A stretch of 64,000 bases of DNA, taken from IMG/VR virus record IMGVR_UViG_3300009034_000029. The stretch is one strand, 5' to 3'. Position numbers and translations under genes: made by a program. The stretch's first letter is position 1. Each line of letters opens with the position of its first letter. The stretch is from an uncultured virus (IMG/VR IMGVR_UViG_3300009034_000029). Lineage: Duplodnaviria > Heunggongvirae > Uroviricota > Caudoviricetes. The notes under the pieces were generated by a model. It had not been told where the DNA came from. It saw only the letters and a program-made list of their open reading frames with translations, and searched no databases. This document shows positions 51,155-61,687 of this stretch, piece after piece.

Positions 51155-52120
51155 CTATGGACTTAATTTCGCATCGAAGTAATTTCCTCGTGCAGCGGCC
51201 GGAGATATAGATTTTCCAACTTTGATGTTCTCATCCTCTTCTGAACCAACATTAACAGTAATGTTAGTACCAGAGGCAACATCACCAACAAGTATATACT
51301 CTACAGTATGTACCTCTGTCGGAAGTATTACGGTAGTTGTACCATTCAGAGCTATACAATTATCATACATCTCTGTATAGGCATTACCATAACCAATTGC
51401 TGCGATCTTCTTAGTTGATGCACCTGAAGCAACAGCCGTGACTTTAACATTAAAACCACGGGTCTCACCATCAGGTACGATCATACCAGCTAGCGTGTTA
51501 GTTGCTGTAATTGTAGTGATTGTCAGATCACCAGATGCTTCACGAATAGTAATTGTACCTACTGCGGCAGATGCTAAAATTACTCCTAGTATCTCACCCC
51601 AGTCAGTTTTAACTGTGCTCTTCGGAGACGTACCCGTCAGAGTAATAGTCTCCTTCACAACAGTCGCCGTACCATTCGTAGTTCCGTATATCGTACAGTC
51701 CTGTACATCACTAGCACTGTCCGATATTACCTCTACACCATCATTCGTTGGTTGGTTTCCAAAGTTCCCGCCAGCAGTTGCACTTAATATCTCATCCGCT
51801 TCGTTATCTGCATCGACACATCTTCCACTTCTGCCCTCTTCATAACACTTGATCGGATAGCCAGCCTCTACAGGTTGACTAGCCACTAACTTGGCAAAAC
51901 CAAGGGCAACATTAATACCCTGGTTAACCGTTCTTATTGCATTGTCCGCTTCTGCCCCAATGATATTCTTTGAATCTACTGTACCTACAACAGCCTTACC
52001 CGAGGCATCTGGTTTGACTAAACGTCTTCCATTCACTGTCCCACCAGCTTCCATTGGATAGTAAGTTGTAGCCTTTTCGAGTTCCATTATCTTCTTCTCA
52101 ATTATATATGGTCCTGGCAT
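51155..52120 (-). CDS. Capsid decoration/accessory protein
   Basis: Gly/Thr/Ala-rich; cement-like N- and C-terminal segments around an inserted domain; follows the MCP gene. Confidence 0.55.
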   Translation of the reverse strand: MPGPYIIEKKIMELEKATTYYPMEAGGTVNGRRLVKPDASGKAVVGTVDSKNIIGAEADNAIRTVNQGINVALGFAKLVASQPVEAGYPIKCYEEGRSGRCVDADNEADEILSATAGGNFGNQPTNDGVEVISDSASDVQDCTIYGTTNGTATVVKETITLTGTSPKSTVKTDWGEILGVILASAAVGTITIREASGDLTITTITATNTLAGMIVPDGETRGFNVKVTAVASGASTKKIAAIGYGNAYTEMYDNCIALNGTTTVILPTEVHTVEYILVGDVASGTNITVNVGSEEDENIKVGKSISPAAARGNYFDAKLSP

Positions 52121-52156
52121 TGTTTTATCACTCCTGAATAAAATAGGTGATGGCTA

Positions 52157-53140
52157 TTAAGCCACCACATTGTCGATTTTAGATATTCTATAAGAGGTTG
52201 ATACCGAATCACTCTCAGGCGTAATTTTGGTATTGTAAAACTGCCTGATTATCCACTCGAATCCAGACCCAGCAACACGCTCTCTCTCAGTAAGAGGTAT
52301 GCGTGTGGTCTGTAATTCACCGTGGGTACCTGTTTCGGTTCCCTTGACAAGCAGATATGCAGAGTCTGTAAAGTACCTTGTTGGATAGAATGCTATTCCA
52401 GATGAACTGGCCATGTAGTCACTTAGTCGTTGCTGAACGTTGTTTATCATGTGTAAGCCTCTCAGCTTTGCATGACATTTCACTGGGTAAACCAATGCTG
52501 TTCGTCTCATGTCATCCGTAGAGACATTAGACTCATCTAATATGTTCTCCCAAGCTTCCTCAATATTTCCAACAATATCCACTGCAGCACTATTGCTGTT
52601 CCATTCCTGGCCAGCTGGTACAGTAACTTGTGTAGCTCCTGCACCTGCAGATATGGCATCGAGGATATTCTCATCCTTTTTCTTGGCTAGCGCCTCTGAA
52701 GCACGTCGTAGTGAAGTTTGGACTTGTAAATTCCCGGTCCCTCGAAGTACAGCCTGATCAGATATGAATAATCTAACCATAGCAGCTTCAAGTGTCAATC
52801 GGAACGGAGTCCATTCAATGCGTTGTCTCATACCAATAGCTGTTTCTCCCATAGGCCAATCTGCCGTGATCTCACTTGGAAAATCATATCTCACATCCAG
52901 GTCACCAAAGGTTACTGGAGGAAATACTTTTGTTCCAACTGAAATGAACGCAGCAGTTTTATATAGTACTCTCTGCACAACGGCCTTTCGATATGCTACA
53001 TCTGATGTTGCACCACCAGCAGCCATTAAAGACTTCGCATAGCTGTCAATTTCCCCTTTCCAAGCTTTTAGTTGTGCCTCGGAGACATTATACTTCTTAA
53101 TAAACTCCGGCTGTTCCGTCAATAAACTATCTACTGACAT
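52157..53140 (-). CDS. Major capsid protein (HK97 fold)
   Basis: 327 aa, downstream of the protease/scaffold; ISDQAV...ASEALAKKKDENILDAI long-helix pattern. Confidence 0.8.
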   Translation of the reverse strand: MSVDSLLTEQPEFIKKYNVSEAQLKAWKGEIDSYAKSLMAAGGATSDVAYRKAVVQRVLYKTAAFISVGTKVFPPVTFGDLDVRYDFPSEITADWPMGETAIGMRQRIEWTPFRLTLEAAMVRLFISDQAVLRGTGNLQVQTSLRRASEALAKKKDENILDAISAGAGATQVTVPAGQEWNSNSAAVDIVGNIEEAWENILDESNVSTDDMRRTALVYPVKCHAKLRGLHMINNVQQRLSDYMASSSGIAFYPTRYFTDSAYLLVKGTETGTHGELQTTRIPLTERERVAGSGFEWIIRQFYNTKITPESDSVSTSYRISKIDNVVA

Positions 53141-53152
53141 TTCATATCACTC

Positions 53153-53587
53153 CTAAGCTCTTCCAAGGACTAATTTGACGTCCATCTTTCCACCGGCAGA
53201 TGCACCAACAGCTTCTAATGCAAACCCAATTAGGATCTGCATGTCGGCATTATGGTTTGCTAGAGAATCCTCTCGAATAGTGTGTTTATCGGCGAGTCCG
53301 CCAGACACTACTTTGATTGGATCTCCAGGAACGATGGCAGAATTGGCAGCTGTTACTTTGACTCGTGCAACACCGTCTTGTATCAGTCCACCCCAACCTT
53401 TTATTGCAGCTAATTGTTGGTCTAATATAGCCATCTGATTTATCCCACATGGAATATTCCCAGATGTCCATATCTGCACATTCAGGGCTGTGGCGCTTGA
53501 CCACATACAAATATATCCTTCATCATCAAAGTTGGTTTCATCGAAGTATACATTCAGTGGTTCTCCAGGTAGATGTCGTTGTGCCAT
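53153..53587 (-). CDS. Capsid cement/decoration protein
   Basis: GVARVKV...IVPGDPI...IGFALEA pattern. Confidence 0.65.
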   Translation of the reverse strand: MAQRHLPGEPLNVYFDETNFDDEGYICMWSSATALNVQIWTSGNIPCGINQMAILDQQLAAIKGWGGLIQDGVARVKVTAANSAIVPGDPIKVVSGGLADKHTIREDSLANHNADMQILIGFALEAVGASAGGKMDVKLVLGRA

Positions 53588-55219
53588 TTATATACCACCC
53601 TCAAATAGTCTCTTCAAGTCAACACCAAAAACATCCGTTGCCGCTTTATCAGATGGATCAAGAGCCGATTGCGAATCAGCTATTCCTGGTGCTTTAAGGT
53701 TCGCAGGGCCTGATACCTCACGAGCCTTCTTCGCCAAGTCAATCATCCGAGTTAGCATACTAATCCGAGCGGCAGCAGGAACATCTTTATATTCCTCCTC
53801 ATCGAAAGAAGGATCTAGCTCCTTATATTTCTCATGCAACTCAGTTAGTTTTGCTTTCTCTTCAGCCGCTCGCGCATCAGCTTCTGTCTGTCGCTGAGCC
53901 TGGATGGCCTCGAGATTCTTCTGAAGCTCGTCCACCCGCGAGGTCATGGCGTCAATACCTTCCGTTGTTTTATTCACCATACCTTCTAATTTAGAAGTAT
54001 CTGGCTTTACCACGGGAGGTACACTTGGCGCACTTACTGGAGGAGTTGCTGGAGGCTTTGTAACCTCAGCTCCCTCCACTTGTGTATCCGGTTTAGTTGT
54101 TTCGTCTTCTGTCATATGTTGTGCGCCTCCTAAATAGGCGATCTCAGTATGGCTAACTCTACAGTTAGTACACGCAGGGGTCTTAGTTAATGCCCCACCA
54201 GTAAACTCCATACTCGTGATATCGGGGATTGGTTTGTATCCATTATTCAGATACAATAGCTCACCTGATAATCCCCAATCGGGTTCATTCATAACTCTCC
54301 CTTTCATCTCGTTGTTATATATTCCCCCTCTGACCCACATTTCATCTCCCTTCATGTATGATCTCATGAAGAACCCTATGTTTTTCTCCTTATTATGTTC
54401 GAGGTTTAATGTTGTATCCTCGATTGATTTGTGAGCTAACTTTATCGGTTCCGCTGGATAGTTATTAGTTCTACCCAACATGTCCGTATAGACCCCTGGT
54501 ATTAACAGAGGTCCCTCAAATATTACAATGTCTTTTCTTTCAATAAACGTAAACCCACTTAAGGGTACGGTTAATGTAGCCACTTGCATGCTATTCTTTC
54601 CAGTCTGCGGTTTATGTGATGCAGCCCATTTCTTAGCCCTATCCATAGTCCATCCTGCTTGTTTACTAAACCTATAACCCGTAATGACTTTATTATCCCC
54701 ACAAGTTGCTCTTATTGCAGCAACTCCCTTAGAGAAGTTAACCCTATGAAAGTCTGTACATTCACCAGATTCCCTAACTCGGTGCCAGATTTCTTTCTCT
54801 TTAGACTCCCAAATAAGCTTAGCTTCCTGAGGCTCTGACAATGCTCCTTCTTCCCATTTAAAGTCTGCATTCCACCCCATCGCTACCTTATTCACGGTAA
54901 GCTTCCCTGTGCCTTTTAACACATAAGTCCCTTTATATGGAGTCTCACCATTCTCTATTGTATACTCACCACTCCGAAGGATATTAATCTTAGCCTTTTT
55001 ATCCTTTTTGGCACCTGGTAATCCCGCTGGGATTCCTCCCTCAAAAGCCAACCATCTTTCATGGTGAGGGCCTTTTCTCTTTGCTAATGCATTTTTAGTA
55101 TCACATAAAGTCCCACAGTAAACTTCATAACCCTCTAACTTACCATTTTCCTTCTGGAATCTAAAATCCAAATGGGGATCTTCACCCTCAACTTCATGTA
55201 ATTGCACTACATACTTCAT
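53588..55219 (-). CDS. Prohead protease/scaffold with N-terminal LigD phosphoesterase-like domain
   Basis: N-terminal YVVQLH..HLDFR..FEGGIP.G; central LNLEH, GLSGE, ALTKTPAC; C-terminal Pro-rich linker and coiled coil. Confidence 0.72.
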   Translation of the reverse strand: MKYVVQLHEVEGEDPHLDFRFQKENGKLEGYEVYCGTLCDTKNALAKRKGPHHERWLAFEGGIPAGLPGAKKDKKAKINILRSGEYTIENGETPYKGTYVLKGTGKLTVNKVAMGWNADFKWEEGALSEPQEAKLIWESKEKEIWHRVRESGECTDFHRVNFSKGVAAIRATCGDNKVITGYRFSKQAGWTMDRAKKWAASHKPQTGKNSMQVATLTVPLSGFTFIERKDIVIFEGPLLIPGVYTDMLGRTNNYPAEPIKLAHKSIEDTTLNLEHNKEKNIGFFMRSYMKGDEMWVRGGIYNNEMKGRVMNEPDWGLSGELLYLNNGYKPIPDITSMEFTGGALTKTPACTNCRVSHTEIAYLGGAQHMTEDETTKPDTQVEGAEVTKPPATPPVSAPSVPPVVKPDTSKLEGMVNKTTEGIDAMTSRVDELQKNLEAIQAQRQTEADARAAEEKAKLTELHEKYKELDPSFDEEEYKDVPAAARISMLTRMIDLAKKAREVSGPANLKAPGIADSQSALDPSDKAATDVFGVDLKRLFEGGI

Positions 55220-56859
55220 TCTCTCGCACTCCTTTGACCTTGTCTTTGAGTACGCTCATAAGTTGGAAGTTCTGTCCCTGGATCCTGAGTAGCTCTTTGT
55301 CCCCTATCTGCCTGTATCTCTCGTGTAGTCGACGTATGCTTATGTTCCTGAATCTTCTTTGCCCATTCAAGAATCTCTTTCTTCTGATCATCAGTCAATG
55401 GTTCCTTATTAAACAGCTCTCGTATCTCAGTTGGAGTAAAGTCTCCAGTCTCTATCAATACAGCAGCTATTCTTGCTAACTCAGCTCTATCCTTATCTAA
55501 TATCAATTGGTGCTTAATTTCCAACTTTTTCATTAATTCCTGATAACCTTGATAATTCGCCAACCTAAAATGACTCTCGATAAGCTTAATAACTTCCTTG
55601 GAGATGATATCAGCCAACACAGAAGCTCGCATTAACATATAACTATTCGGGAATGTTGCAGCTGCAAATGCCTGACTCTCCCTAGTAGCCATAGCCACTT
55701 CAGGGTTGAATAGAGAATTATAGATAGATCTATTCAAATTCTCCAACATGGGGTTTGGATCAGTATACTTCATCTTGGGTTCTAAATAACTAGGCACTAC
55801 ATTATCTGAAATTACCCAACCCTGTTCGGTTTCCTTCCATCTAATCTTCTTCTCGAAATCATCCAATGCGGTCTGCATATCGGCTAATGCTGCAGTTCTC
55901 CTTTGTGTTGGAGTTCCATCATAAAATTCTGGATTGAATGCTTCGACTTTCAGACTAAATACTGGCCTAGGAACTGCATAATGTCTCCATTTCATATCAT
56001 CCAGTTGCATGTTAAGTTTCCACAGTATTATCTGTCTACATGACTCCAATGGAGAAATTGACCATACACCAAAGGTCCATCTATCCACAATATCAATAAC
56101 TTCACTATTACTCATTAAACTGCAATGGAATATTTTATCTGTAGTAGCCTTATCGGGTTTAAATGTCTGTCTCCCTTCAACGATCTGGGCACCCGTATAC
56201 TGTTCATTCAACACATATATATTCTTATTCATAATCTCTACATCAAAATGCCCGATCTGAGCTGCATTCTCCACGATAGTCGTCCTTGAAATCGGCCAAG
56301 TCTGCAATCCAGTTATATTCCCATCAATAAGAACTTTCGAGATATGATCACCATGCCGCAACATATCTCTCGCAGCAGTCTCATAAATCAATGGAACATC
56401 AATTTTCTTCGCGAAGTCTCGTGCTTCCTCAAGGAATTTCTTCTCTGTTTCCTCTTCCTTCTCACCCATCTTTAACCCTAACCCAGCATAAACCCTACGA
56501 GTCATCATTGAAATTGTATCTATAGCTCCTCTTACCTCAGGATCTACCTGATACATTGTATCATACCCGAAGTGTTTATTCACCGGATAACTAATATTAA
56601 ATATAATCCCACGTAGGTTTTCAACGGAATGTAGCAATGGAGGTTCCTTATATGCCGCACCAATATTCACAAACTCCGATAATTTTGATTTCTTACCCTT
56701 TAAACTGGCCTTATACATCTTACTCCATCGATGTTGAATAAACTCCCGATGTTTTGTAACACCATCAATCTCGGGCTCGGGGATTGGAGCAACCAAAAAT
56801 CCCTTAAATGGCTGTTCTTTCTCTGGTTTCGTCCATTTTTCCCAAAACTTCCACTTCAT
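55216..56859 (-). CDS. Portal protein
   Basis: 547 aa between TerL and protease; DPEVRGAID, GDFTPTEIRELF..EPL C-terminal motif. Confidence 0.82.
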   Translation of the reverse strand: MKWKFWEKWTKPEKEQPFKGFLVAPIPEPEIDGVTKHREFIQHRWSKMYKASLKGKKSKLSEFVNIGAAYKEPPLLHSVENLRGIIFNISYPVNKHFGYDTMYQVDPEVRGAIDTISMMTRRVYAGLGLKMGEKEEETEKKFLEEARDFAKKIDVPLIYETAARDMLRHGDHISKVLIDGNITGLQTWPISRTTIVENAAQIGHFDVEIMNKNIYVLNEQYTGAQIVEGRQTFKPDKATTDKIFHCSLMSNSEVIDIVDRWTFGVWSISPLESCRQIILWKLNMQLDDMKWRHYAVPRPVFSLKVEAFNPEFYDGTPTQRRTAALADMQTALDDFEKKIRWKETEQGWVISDNVVPSYLEPKMKYTDPNPMLENLNRSIYNSLFNPEVAMATRESQAFAAATFPNSYMLMRASVLADIISKEVIKLIESHFRLANYQGYQELMKKLEIKHQLILDKDRAELARIAAVLIETGDFTPTEIRELFNKEPLTDDQKKEILEWAKKIQEHKHTSTTREIQADRGQRATQDPGTELPTYERTQRQGQRSARE

Positions 56860-58358
56860 ATCGTATCAATCCTCCCAACAACAAACATAGGTCTGTATAC
56901 AATCTCTACTGTATCAAACCCATAATTGACTAATGCTACTGCATCAGCCACATCTTTACTTCCACCCGGAGGATGGTCAACACGTCTTCCGTTAATAATC
57001 TCCAAACACTCTAATTCCTCGGTTAAAAATGGAAAATCACACACATCAATAGTTCCTCTAACAAACCTCTCTTGGAGTGAATCTTGTTCTGGTAGCTTTA
57101 TGATATGATTTTCGACCTGTATACCCTTATTAATCAATTTTTGCTGTAAAATCGGATAGTTCCAAGTATCAAACACAGCCATTTTTACTGGGAATGTCTC
57201 AGTAATATCCATAATAAACTTTAAAACTTCCTCGGGGTTAATACCAAACTTCCTCTCTGGTTTGAATCTCCATATACCATCTATCACCAAAACATCCATA
57301 GAAAACTTATTACCCGTATTGGGGTCGGTTTTCTTCCAATATTCCCTATGACCCAGAGCTATCCCAAATGCATCTCTCTTGGCTGCAGGGTCTCCACCCA
57401 ACACATAAGTATAATCTCCAGGGACTATTCCTTCAGTATTCCCATCTTTTATCCTTTTTAATATATTCTCCCTCAGTGGGTTTATCTTAATCACATCAGG
57501 GTTGGTGTAGTATGGCAATATTGCAGATGTAGGTTCTGCTCCATAATCTCTTAGAGCCTTAGCATAATCTAACCTAAACTCCGTATCGAAGCTTTCCCTC
57601 GTAAGGTTAGGATTGAACTCCCATGTAGCCAATTTATACCCCAACATATGAGAATGTTTTTGTGTGCCATCTACCTTTAATGCAATCGCATCCTTATATA
57701 AAGTCATTAAAAAGTCATTGGGGTATAAGGGTGAGGAGATAACAATTCGGTAGCCGTCATTTCCGAATGTCTTCGTTGCTCTACCCAACGAGAAATACAC
57801 TGCCTCACCCGACCGCTTACCAGAGGTGTCTTGGAACCTCGCCAATTCATCGAAGGTTACAATTTTCGCAGTTCTACCCACTATGGATGCACTATTGGAA
57901 CCACCAGATCTAATACGCACTCTTTTCGGTAATCTTATAGTATCATATGTTGATTCATACCCGATAAAGTTAAAATAAGGCGACTTTTCAACCTTAGCAT
58001 CAATTTGAGCAAATACAGTATCTCGAGCCTGAGTTTGACTTGTCGCCGTGTTGATAATAAATATCTCAGATCCCTTAGACAATCCCCAATGTGCTGCGGG
58101 ATCATCATACTGTTGGAGGCAGAAAGCCTCGTAAGTAGAGAATAAAGCAGCCTCAAATGTCTTGCCGCTCCTCATACCCGCAACCACAACTAGATCTGTC
58201 TTTTTCTCTCTATAAAACCTATCAAACATCTCCTTCTGCATGGGGTATAAAGTTTCTCCCAAGAAATACGGATCCTCTGCAAAGAAAGATGGAGTCTCAA
58301 GTGCTCGCATTTTTTTCAAGGTTTGTTCCTTGTAATCGAGATCCTCCCATCTTAACAT
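56856..58358 (-). CDS. terL: Terminase large subunit
   Basis: AGMRSGKT Walker A, FDELARF Walker B, ISSP, GDPA..RDAFG, HPPGGSKDVADAV nuclease motifs. Confidence 0.93.
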   Translation of the reverse strand: MLRWEDLDYKEQTLKKMRALETPSFFAEDPYFLGETLYPMQKEMFDRFYREKKTDLVVVAGMRSGKTFEAALFSTYEAFCLQQYDDPAAHWGLSKGSEIFIINTATSQTQARDTVFAQIDAKVEKSPYFNFIGYESTYDTIRLPKRVRIRSGGSNSASIVGRTAKIVTFDELARFQDTSGKRSGEAVYFSLGRATKTFGNDGYRIVISSPLYPNDFLMTLYKDAIALKVDGTQKHSHMLGYKLATWEFNPNLTRESFDTEFRLDYAKALRDYGAEPTSAILPYYTNPDVIKINPLRENILKRIKDGNTEGIVPGDYTYVLGGDPAAKRDAFGIALGHREYWKKTDPNTGNKFSMDVLVIDGIWRFKPERKFGINPEEVLKFIMDITETFPVKMAVFDTWNYPILQQKLINKGIQVENHIIKLPEQDSLQERFVRGTIDVCDFPFLTEELECLEIINGRRVDHPPGGSKDVADAVALVNYGFDTVEIVYRPMFVVGRIDTI

Positions 58359-59947
58359 TACATCAGCACTTCCGTTTCAATTTTTGGTTCTTCTATTGAT
58401 TGATCAATCTTATTTTCCTCAACACTCGCAATTATGTAGAATCCTATATCCATATGTTCGATAATCAGATCAGCCGTGAATGATACAAGCTGTGTCTTTC
58501 GTATGCGGATATTTGCCAGATAGGTCTTTGTCATATAACCTACTTCAGACCAAATTATAAGATCCGCAGTGAAAGTCTTTTCTTGTATCTTTAACGTCCG
58601 CATATCTGCAGAATATGTTTCCTCATATACCTTGGCAGTTCTCATATTTGCAGTAAAGTCTTTCTCTATAGTCTTCCTAATTCTTAAATCCGCAAGGAAC
58701 GTTTTTGTTTGAGTCTTACGAATTCTAATATCTGCAGTAAATGTCTTCTCGAACGTTCGCATTGTACGTAAATCAGCAGTGAAGGTTTTCTCAATCGTCT
58801 TACGTGTTCGTAAATCAGCCGTATAAGTTTGTTCTTGTGTTTTCTGTACTCTCAAATCTGCAGTGAATGTTTTATCATACAACTGCATAATCTTGACATC
58901 GGCATTAAATGTCTTATCCAATGTCTTTCTTATACGTAGATCTGCAAAGTATGTTTTCTCAACTATACCACTAATCTTAACATCCGCTGTAAAGGTCTTT
59001 TCTTGCGTTTTTCTCGTTCGGAGGTCAGCAGTGAACGTTTTGGTATATGGCTGCATTATCTTAATGTCAGCCAAAAATGTCTTAGTCTGAGTTTTCCGCG
59101 TTCTTAAATCAGCCGTAAAAGTTTTCTCAGTTGTCTTACGAATCCTCAAATCTGCAGTGAAGGTCTTCTCATAACCCTTCATTGTACGAAGATCTGCAGT
59201 AAATGTCACAGTCTGAGTCTTTCTTATTCGTAGGTCAGCCAGAAATGTCTTTTCTTGTTCCTTTAAAGTCCTCATATCAGCCGTAAATGTCTTTGTATAC
59301 GACTGCATGATTTTTACATCAGCAGTAAAGGTCTTAGTCTCAGTCTTTCGAGTCCTTAAATCTGCAGTAAATGTTTCTGTGAATGTTTTTCTCGTACGTA
59401 AGTCTGCAGTGAAAGTTTTAGTCTGCGTCTTCCTAATTCTTAAATCAGCCGTGAATGTCTTCTCATACGTTGTATATCCAGCAGTATAATATACCGTAAC
59501 GGTACATGAATCCTGCCGATAATTGCTTGCTGCCTTACCAGAAATAACTGGAGTTACACGAATCCTGAAACTTGTCGATTTGATATGAGTGGCAGTCCAT
59601 GTTCCGCCCCACAGATTGGTTGGACTACCAACAGTTGCATCTGTCGATGCTGCACAATTAGCTAAAACTCCCTGTGCTGCAGTATTCAAAGCACGCCATG
59701 TTGATGTACTGTCATACAACTCAACAGTGAACATATCGTTAGAGTCATCACAACCACCATGTATTGTCACTTCAATACCATCGATTGTCCCGGCCACATT
59801 AACAAAGGCAAAACTAAACTCACCAGATACCGCTGTACCGGAAGTTGTGCTCATACATGCATCATCACCAGCACCAGTGAAATTGCTTTCATTTGTCCAG
59901 GCGCCGGCAGCTTCTAATGTATTAGCATTTTTTGCTTCACTCGCCAT
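58358..59947 (-). CDS. Fibre-like protein with ~24 tandem 14-aa repeats
   Basis: Repeats of KTFTADLR(I/T)RKTx(E/T) after an N-terminal beta-rich domain. Confidence 0.8.
   Translation of the reverse strand: MASEAKNANTLEAAGAWTNESNFTGAGDDACMSTTSGTAVSGEFSFAFVNVAGTIDGIEVTIHGGCDDSNDMFTVELYDSTSTWRALNTAAQGVLANCAASTDATVGSPTNLWGGTWTATHIKSTSFRIRVTPVISGKAASNYRQDSCTVTVYYTAGYTTYEKTFTADLRIRKTQTKTFTADLRTRKTFTETFTADLRTRKTETKTFTADVKIMQSYTKTFTADMRTLKEQEKTFLADLRIRKTQTVTFTADLRTMKGYEKTFTADLRIRKTTEKTFTADLRTRKTQTKTFLADIKIMQPYTKTFTADLRTRKTQEKTFTADVKISGIVEKTYFADLRIRKTLDKTFNADVKIMQLYDKTFTADLRVQKTQEQTYTADLRTRKTIEKTFTADLRTMRTFEKTFTADIRIRKTQTKTFLADLRIRKTIEKDFTANMRTAKVYEETYSADMRTLKIQEKTFTADLIIWSEVGYMTKTYLANIRIRKTQLVSFTADLIIEHMDIGFYIIASVEENKIDQSIEEPKIETEVLM
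58460..59465 (-). repeat. Degenerate 42-bp coding tandem repeat
   Basis: Recurring tc(a/t)gc(a/c)gt(a/g)aa on the + strand every ~42 nt. Confidence 0.85.
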
Positions 59948-60245
59948 CTACCCTCACCATCCTAAAACCACACCCTTTTGGTAAATGGTAAATTGGAGGA
60001 ACATGTGCTGGTCTGTTTGGATCAGGAAACGGTAAACATTCCTTCAACCAATAATCATACACCCACTGTGGAATATCTGGTGGCCTCAACCTATCCCTCT
60101 TAACAATACATGCATATTTCCCACCAGGTTGTCCTTCTAAATATCTACATGCAGTCCTCTTAGGATTCATCAACGTTAACGGCGGCTCAATCTTACAACA
60201 AACCCCACACTGTATACACTGACCCTCTAATACCCAGGAACTCAT
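59937..60245 (-). CDS. CxxCxxCC (YkgJ-like) Zn/Fe-S-binding protein
   Basis: CIQCGVCC...CRYL...C...C..FP...CGF. Confidence 0.65.
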   Translation of the reverse strand: MSSWVLEGQCIQCGVCCKIEPPLTLMNPKRTACRYLEGQPGGKYACIVKRDRLRPPDIPQWVYDYWLKECLPFPDPNRPAHVPPIYHLPKGCGFRMVRVDGE

Positions 60246-61686
60246 TCTTCTTCGTCCTCCTTTACCCATCTGAACTCCTGCGCACTGTATCCATCGTAGA
60301 TATTTGAAAACTTTCCACCTAGTTGTACCGAACCATCTTCATAGATATACATTACACTCTGTAAATTTTTCCCTTCCACTGTCATCTGCCATCCAAGCAG
60401 ATACACCGTTCTTTTTGGTACATTAGAAGGTTTAAGTTCTCCATCTCTGCTCACATCTATTGGAGCAAAATTTCTACTCAACCGAATAATTCTTCGTCCA
60501 GGCAATACATGCATAATATGAGGTTGTAGCCTAGGATCTCTCTTCACATTAATCCCTTGGCTTGCCAATACCCATGCTAATTCATCGTCAAATGGAAACC
60601 ATCCTACATACACAGCCTTTGATTGATCAACCTCCTTCCAGTTATGTTGTTTTCCGGTGATAAAATGATACTGCGGAAACATAATAAATCGACCGGGACG
60701 TTCCTCATCTGGATAAAAGACAATCCAGTAAAAACTCGGTGGGTTGTATCCCAAATCCATTCCCAATCACCTCCATTGTATTGGTTGATGTTATTTCCTA
60801 TATCTCATCATACATAAAGGTAAATGTCTCGTCTGGTTGTTCACCTGGTGTTGCATCAGTAGCTAATTTAACTTGGTACACGATAGAGTCACATCTTCCT
60901 GGGGCGACAATAGATTGTGTATCTACAACCATAGCATTACCGGATGAGTTGAATGTATCCGCGTTTGCTACTGCTGCGGTTTGACCAAGATAATAAGAAT
61001 GCCCATTTGTGGCATGTTTAATATCATCTCCAGTCTCACCCAACGTACCAGTTGCTTGATCATATGAACCTTCTGGACACCCATGATCACCAGCATCTCG
61101 TTGCCCAACCTCTAATTGCCCACCAGTTCCAAGGTTCCAGTTAGTCGCAACGTTCCCAGAACAATACCACTTGATGTTTGTAATCTCAGTAAATGTACCT
61201 GAGAAATTCACACAGTGGTGTTTCCAATAACTATAATTATTCCCTGCTCCTGGTACCTTACATGGGTTGGCATTCACCGGGTTATGATCATCCATCGTAC
61301 AGAACCTTACAGTTGTCTTAGTCGTCCAAGCTACAGTCGCACCATTACCTTCTTGTACATCTGCTGTTGCTGCCATATTACGACACTCCTGTTTCTACTA
61401 TATCATGAATATTTCTTTCCTTATGCGGATTACCACCAATAGTAGCTCTCCACTCTATAATATAAGCCCCCAGAGTCATATCATCAGGTACACTCCACCA
61501 GTAATAATAAACACCTGTACCGTCTTGGGTTGTAGTAAATGGTCCACTGATTTCTTCGCCTCCCTGTTTGATATATATCTCAGGCAAGGCATCAGCATTG
61601 ACAATAATTCCGTTCTCATTATACACAGTACCCTTAAGCTTATACGATGAACCTACCTCAAGCTGTAAAAGTATTGATACTGACAT
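60242..61686 (-). CDS. Three putative structural/accessory proteins (60242-60766, 60798-61376, Ig-like 61378-61686)
   Basis: Beta-rich ORFs co-transcribed between TerS and TerL; GTGVYYYWW...GAYIIEW Ig-like pattern. Confidence 0.6.
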
Positions 61687-61687
61687 C

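Noticed and set aside
58460..59465. CRISPR array or DGR-like repeats
   Set aside because: The repeats are in-frame 42-bp coding units with synonymous variation; no spacers and no reverse transcriptase
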